Positions 60,948 through 64,000 of a stretch of DNA of 64,000 nt are shown piece after piece (positions within the stretch are counted from its first letter, which is position 1; each line of letters begins with the position of its first letter). Under the pieces are notes generated by a model. That model was not told where the DNA came from and did not search any database. It worked only from the letters and a program-made list of their open reading frames with translations. The stretch is from Candidatus Cloacimonadales bacterium. GTDB taxonomy: Bacteria; Cloacimonadota; Cloacimonadia; Cloacimonadales; JAIOQZ01. The translations under genes were made by a program, and so were the position numbers. The stretch lies in the NCBI GenBank assembly GCA_963674825.1, contig OY771587.1:1152001-1216000 (forward strand), written 5' to 3'.

Positions 60948-61586
60948 ATGCTACTAAGAAGAACCAAACGCATTGAACGTATGATTGACGACTTTCTGGA
61001 CGTGGTAAGCGAAGGAGGTATTCTCTTCAGTAAAGCCATCCGCTTTTACGTCGAGGAAAACACCGAAGAATTCGATGCTCGCAGATTGAAAGTATCGGAA
61101 CTGGAGAGCACCGCTGACCAGCTTCGCCGTGATATCGAGATGGAGCTCTATGCCCATACGCTGATCCCGGAATCGCGCGGTGATGTGCTCGCAATCCTGG
61201 AAAACACTGACGACATTATCGACAATATCAAAGAAACTCTTCTGCAATTTTCGGTGGAACATCCGAAGATCCCACACGAATTTGCCAGCCAGTATATCGA
61301 ACTTGCAATAGCCAGTGGGGAAAGTGTTGATGCGCTCGTTACAGGTGTCCGCTGTTTCTTCCGGGATGTTAAAACCGTGAAGGATCATCTTCATAAAGTG
61401 TATCTGCACGAGAAAGAAGCGGACAAGATCGCCGAACGACTCAAACGGGCAATATTTAATTCGGATATCGAACTTGCCTGGAAGAACCATCTTCGATATT
61501 TCGCGCTGCATGTTGAACATGTATCCGATTACGCCGAAACGATGGCGGATCGGCTTTCAATTTATACCATCAAACGACAGGTGTAA
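60948..61586 (+). CDS. DUF47 (PhoU-like) PiT accessory protein
   Basis: Duplicated E..AD..RR/KR helices, P.SR.D…E..D.I.D; directly upstream of PiT. Confidence 0.88.
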   Translation: MLLRRTKRIERMIDDFLDVVSEGGILFSKAIRFYVEENTEEFDARRLKVSELESTADQLRRDIEMELYAHTLIPESRGDVLAILENTDDIIDNIKETLLQFSVEHPKIPHEFASQYIELAIASGESVDALVTGVRCFFRDVKTVKDHLHKVYLHEKEADKIAERLKRAIFNSDIELAWKNHLRYFALHVEHVSDYAETMADRLSIYTIKRQV

Positions 61587-61589
61587 GCC

Positions 61590-63056
61590 GTGATACTGCT
61601 TATATATCTCTCCAGCGGTCTATTCCTGGCGTGGTCGCTGGGCGCAAACAATGCGGCGAATGTATTCGGTCCGGCAGTATCGACCAAAATGGTCAAGTTC
61701 CGCACAGCGGCAATACTGACCTCAATCTTCGTAATACTCGGAGCAGTCTATGAAGGAGCCGGCGCGTCGCAAACACTGGGTAAACTCGGTTCGGTTAACG
61801 CATTGGGTGGCGCTTTTACCGTAGCGCTGGCCGCTGCGATAACCGTCGCAGGGATGACAAAAATGGGCTTGCCTGTTTCCACATCACAGGCGATCGTGGG
61901 CGGAATCATCGGCTGGAACTTCTTCAGCGGATCACTCACTGACTTCTCCGCGCTATCGAAGATCTTTGGAACTTGGGTTATTTGCCCCATCCTGGCAGCT
62001 ATCTTTTCCTACATCTTTTACAAGCTGTACCTCGTGTTTATTGTCCGTACAAGAATTCACCTATTGCGGCTTGATGCACTTACTCGATTCTTCTATCTGG
62101 CGGTAACGGCATTCGGAGCATACAGCCTTGGCGCAAACAATATCGCCAACGCGATGGGCGTATTTGTACCGGCCTCGCCTTTCCACGACATACAAGTTAT
62201 GTCAGGCTTTACTCTATCTGGGACACAGGTGCTTTTCTTGATCGGAAGTATCGCGATCGGAGTAGGGGTCATCACATATTCACACAACGTTATCCGCACG
62301 GTGGGAAATGATCTTTTCCGCCTCTCTTCGGTTGGTGGATTAATCGTCATACTCGCCGAAGCCTGGGTGCTTTTCATCTTCGGTTCACAGTCACTCCACG
62401 ATTGGATGCTGGCCCATAACCTTCCGGCGTTTCCGCTGGTTCCGGTATCCAGCTCGCAGGCGGTTGTCGGTGGTGTAATCGGTATTGCGATTGCCAAAGG
62501 CGGACGGAATATCCAGTTTCGGGTGTTGGGCAGAATATCCATGGGATGGGTTACAACGCCTATCATCGCCTGTCTTATCACATTCATTCTGCTTTTCTTC
62601 GTGCAGAACGTGTTCGACCAGAAAGTACACAACGAATCGAGCTACGATTTCAGCCGCAATGTTATTACGGAGCTAAGCGAGCATGACATCGATTTCGACA
62701 AGCTCGAACCACTTAAAGGAACCAGTTTCAAAAATGCACGAGAGCTTAATAACTTCCTTTCAGGCGTAGATCAGTACAGCATGGAAGAGAAGGGATTGAT
62801 CCTCGCTTATGGCGCAGTTGATCCCATAGAGGTGACAACTCAAGGTATACGGATAATCCAGAATGATTATCTGAGCAAACAACAGCTTTCAGCCATCGAA
62901 GAGCTCGACGGAACGACGTACAAACACCGGTGGCAATTCGTGCAAGCGCTGTCAGACGCATCGGACGCCTGGCGAACAGATACTGGAAACAAACAGAAAG
63001 ACGATGAGACGCAGGAGCGTCTGAATTATATCATCAATCATTTTCGTATTCAATAA
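61590..63056 (+). CDS. Inorganic phosphate transporter (PiT family) with C-terminal soluble extension
   Basis: GANNAAN and GANNIAN signatures, PVSTSQ and PVSSSQ. Confidence 0.93.
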   Translation: MILLIYLSSGLFLAWSLGANNAANVFGPAVSTKMVKFRTAAILTSIFVILGAVYEGAGASQTLGKLGSVNALGGAFTVALAAAITVAGMTKMGLPVSTSQAIVGGIIGWNFFSGSLTDFSALSKIFGTWVICPILAAIFSYIFYKLYLVFIVRTRIHLLRLDALTRFFYLAVTAFGAYSLGANNIANAMGVFVPASPFHDIQVMSGFTLSGTQVLFLIGSIAIGVGVITYSHNVIRTVGNDLFRLSSVGGLIVILAEAWVLFIFGSQSLHDWMLAHNLPAFPLVPVSSSQAVVGGVIGIAIAKGGRNIQFRVLGRISMGWVTTPIIACLITFILLFFVQNVFDQKVHNESSYDFSRNVITELSEHDIDFDKLEPLKGTSFKNARELNNFLSGVDQYSMEEKGLILAYGAVDPIEVTTQGIRIIQNDYLSKQQLSAIEELDGTTYKHRWQFVQALSDASDAWRTDTGNKQKDDETQERLNYIINHFRIQ

Positions 63057-63074
63057 AATGAATTGGGGGACTTC

Positions 63075-64000
63075 ATGAATGGAACCTTTGGGAAAATCGG
63101 AGTAGTGACGATTCTGCTGTCGCTCTGCTTCGGAATGCTTTATGCCGATAGAACCAGCGCTAACACCGAGTGGAAAGACGGCATCCTGCAATTCTCATCA
63201 AGCGACGGTATGTTCAAGACACGCTTCGATGTCCGGATGTATCTGGACGGAGCAGTTTATTTCGAGAACAAGAATGAAGAATCAATGAGTGACGGTACCG
63301 ATCTTCGTCGTGTTCGCTTCGCGATGAAAGTAAAGCTCTGGGAAAAATGGCGCGCAGAATGGGATATGGATTTTGCCACCTATACTAAGAAAAGCGACAA
63401 GAAAAACACGGGACCGGAAGTCAAGGATATGTGGCTTGCCTACACGCCCTGGGACAACGCAATGCTCAAAGTTGGCCATTTCAAGCCGCCATTCAGCATG
63501 GAAGAACTAACCAGTTCTGCAAAAACCGTATTCCTCGAACGCGCTTACCCGAATGTATTCACCACCGGTCGCCGTATCGGTGTTGGTATGAGCTTCTGGA
63601 AACCATGGATGCATGTTTCGGCAGGTATGTTCGGCGAAGCAGCCGAAAACCTCGACCAGAAATCGGGTGACGAAGGCTCGGCAATCGCGGCACGTATCGT
63701 TGTCGCGCCCATCAATAACGAAAAATCCCTCGTGCATATCGGCGGTGCCGTCCAGTGGATCACTCCCGATGCAGTGGAAGACGGGCAGCAGCGCGTAATC
63801 GGATTCGACGAACGTCCCGAAACCAGCGTTGCCCGTACAAAATTCCTGGATACAGGTGATATCACAGACGTATCCGGCTATAACACTTTGGGCGGCGAGC
63901 TGGCTGGTAAATTCGGCCCGTTCTACGCTGAAGCCGAATACATGCTGACCACTGTATTGCGCAGAGCAGATAAGGAAGACGCAGAATTCGCAGGCGGTTA
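63075..64000 (+). CDS. Phosphate-selective porin OprO/OprP family, 3' end cut by window edge
   Basis: Own translation: signal peptide MNGTFGKIGVVTILLSLCFGMLYA; DLRRVRF, EWDMDFA, VKDMWLAY, KVGHFKPPFSMEELTSS…FLER, RRIG, ERPE; no stop before the end, so absent from the ORF track. Confidence 0.88.
   Translation, partial: MNGTFGKIGVVTILLSLCFGMLYADRTSANTEWKDGILQFSSSDGMFKTRFDVRMYLDGAVYFENKNEESMSDGTDLRRVRFAMKVKLWEKWRAEWDMDFATYTKKSDKKNTGPEVKDMWLAYTPWDNAMLKVGHFKPPFSMEELTSSAKTVFLERAYPNVFTTGRRIGVGMSFWKPWMHVSAGMFGEAAENLDQKSGDEGSAIAARIVVAPINNEKSLVHIGGAVQWITPDAVEDGQQRVIGFDERPETSVARTKFLDTGDITDVSGYNTLGGELAGKFGPFYAEAEYMLTTVLRRADKEDAEFAGG

Overview
Chromosomal window from a mid-GC diderm, probably anaerobic bacterium. 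Four secreted proteins ending in an FlgD-Ig/T9SS-like tail (…NPFNP…KMxxxK) suggest Candidatus Cloacimonadota or a related FCB lineage (inference). Housekeeping genes: panD-panC, mreBCD-mrdA-rodA, uvrB, an M42 peptidase-HtrA-PPIase cluster, rnhC-hldD, hutH, rsmI, efp and megL. Accessory content: GC-mosaic secreted proteins, three tandem Sel1-repeat membrane proteins, a GntP/TPR/glycerate-kinase unit, a Cys-rich phosphorelay and glycosylation genes. The best candidate for an undescribed system is a tightly packed operon at 56376->64000: CYTH-like protein, Ppx/GppA, fused TctC-TctB, TctA, DUF47, PiT and an OprO/P porin that the ORF track missed. It reads as an uptake and hydrolysis route for (poly)phosphate or a phosphorylated anion. 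The intergenic DNA holds several short palindromic repeat families, including a 30-40 nt GGGATTC-hairpin element nested inside other repeats and a covarying C(GNA)G-triloop element directly behind two secreted-protein genes. I found no rRNA, tRNA, CRISPR array, transposase, integrase or reverse transcriptase. All family calls come from motif recognition, not database searches.
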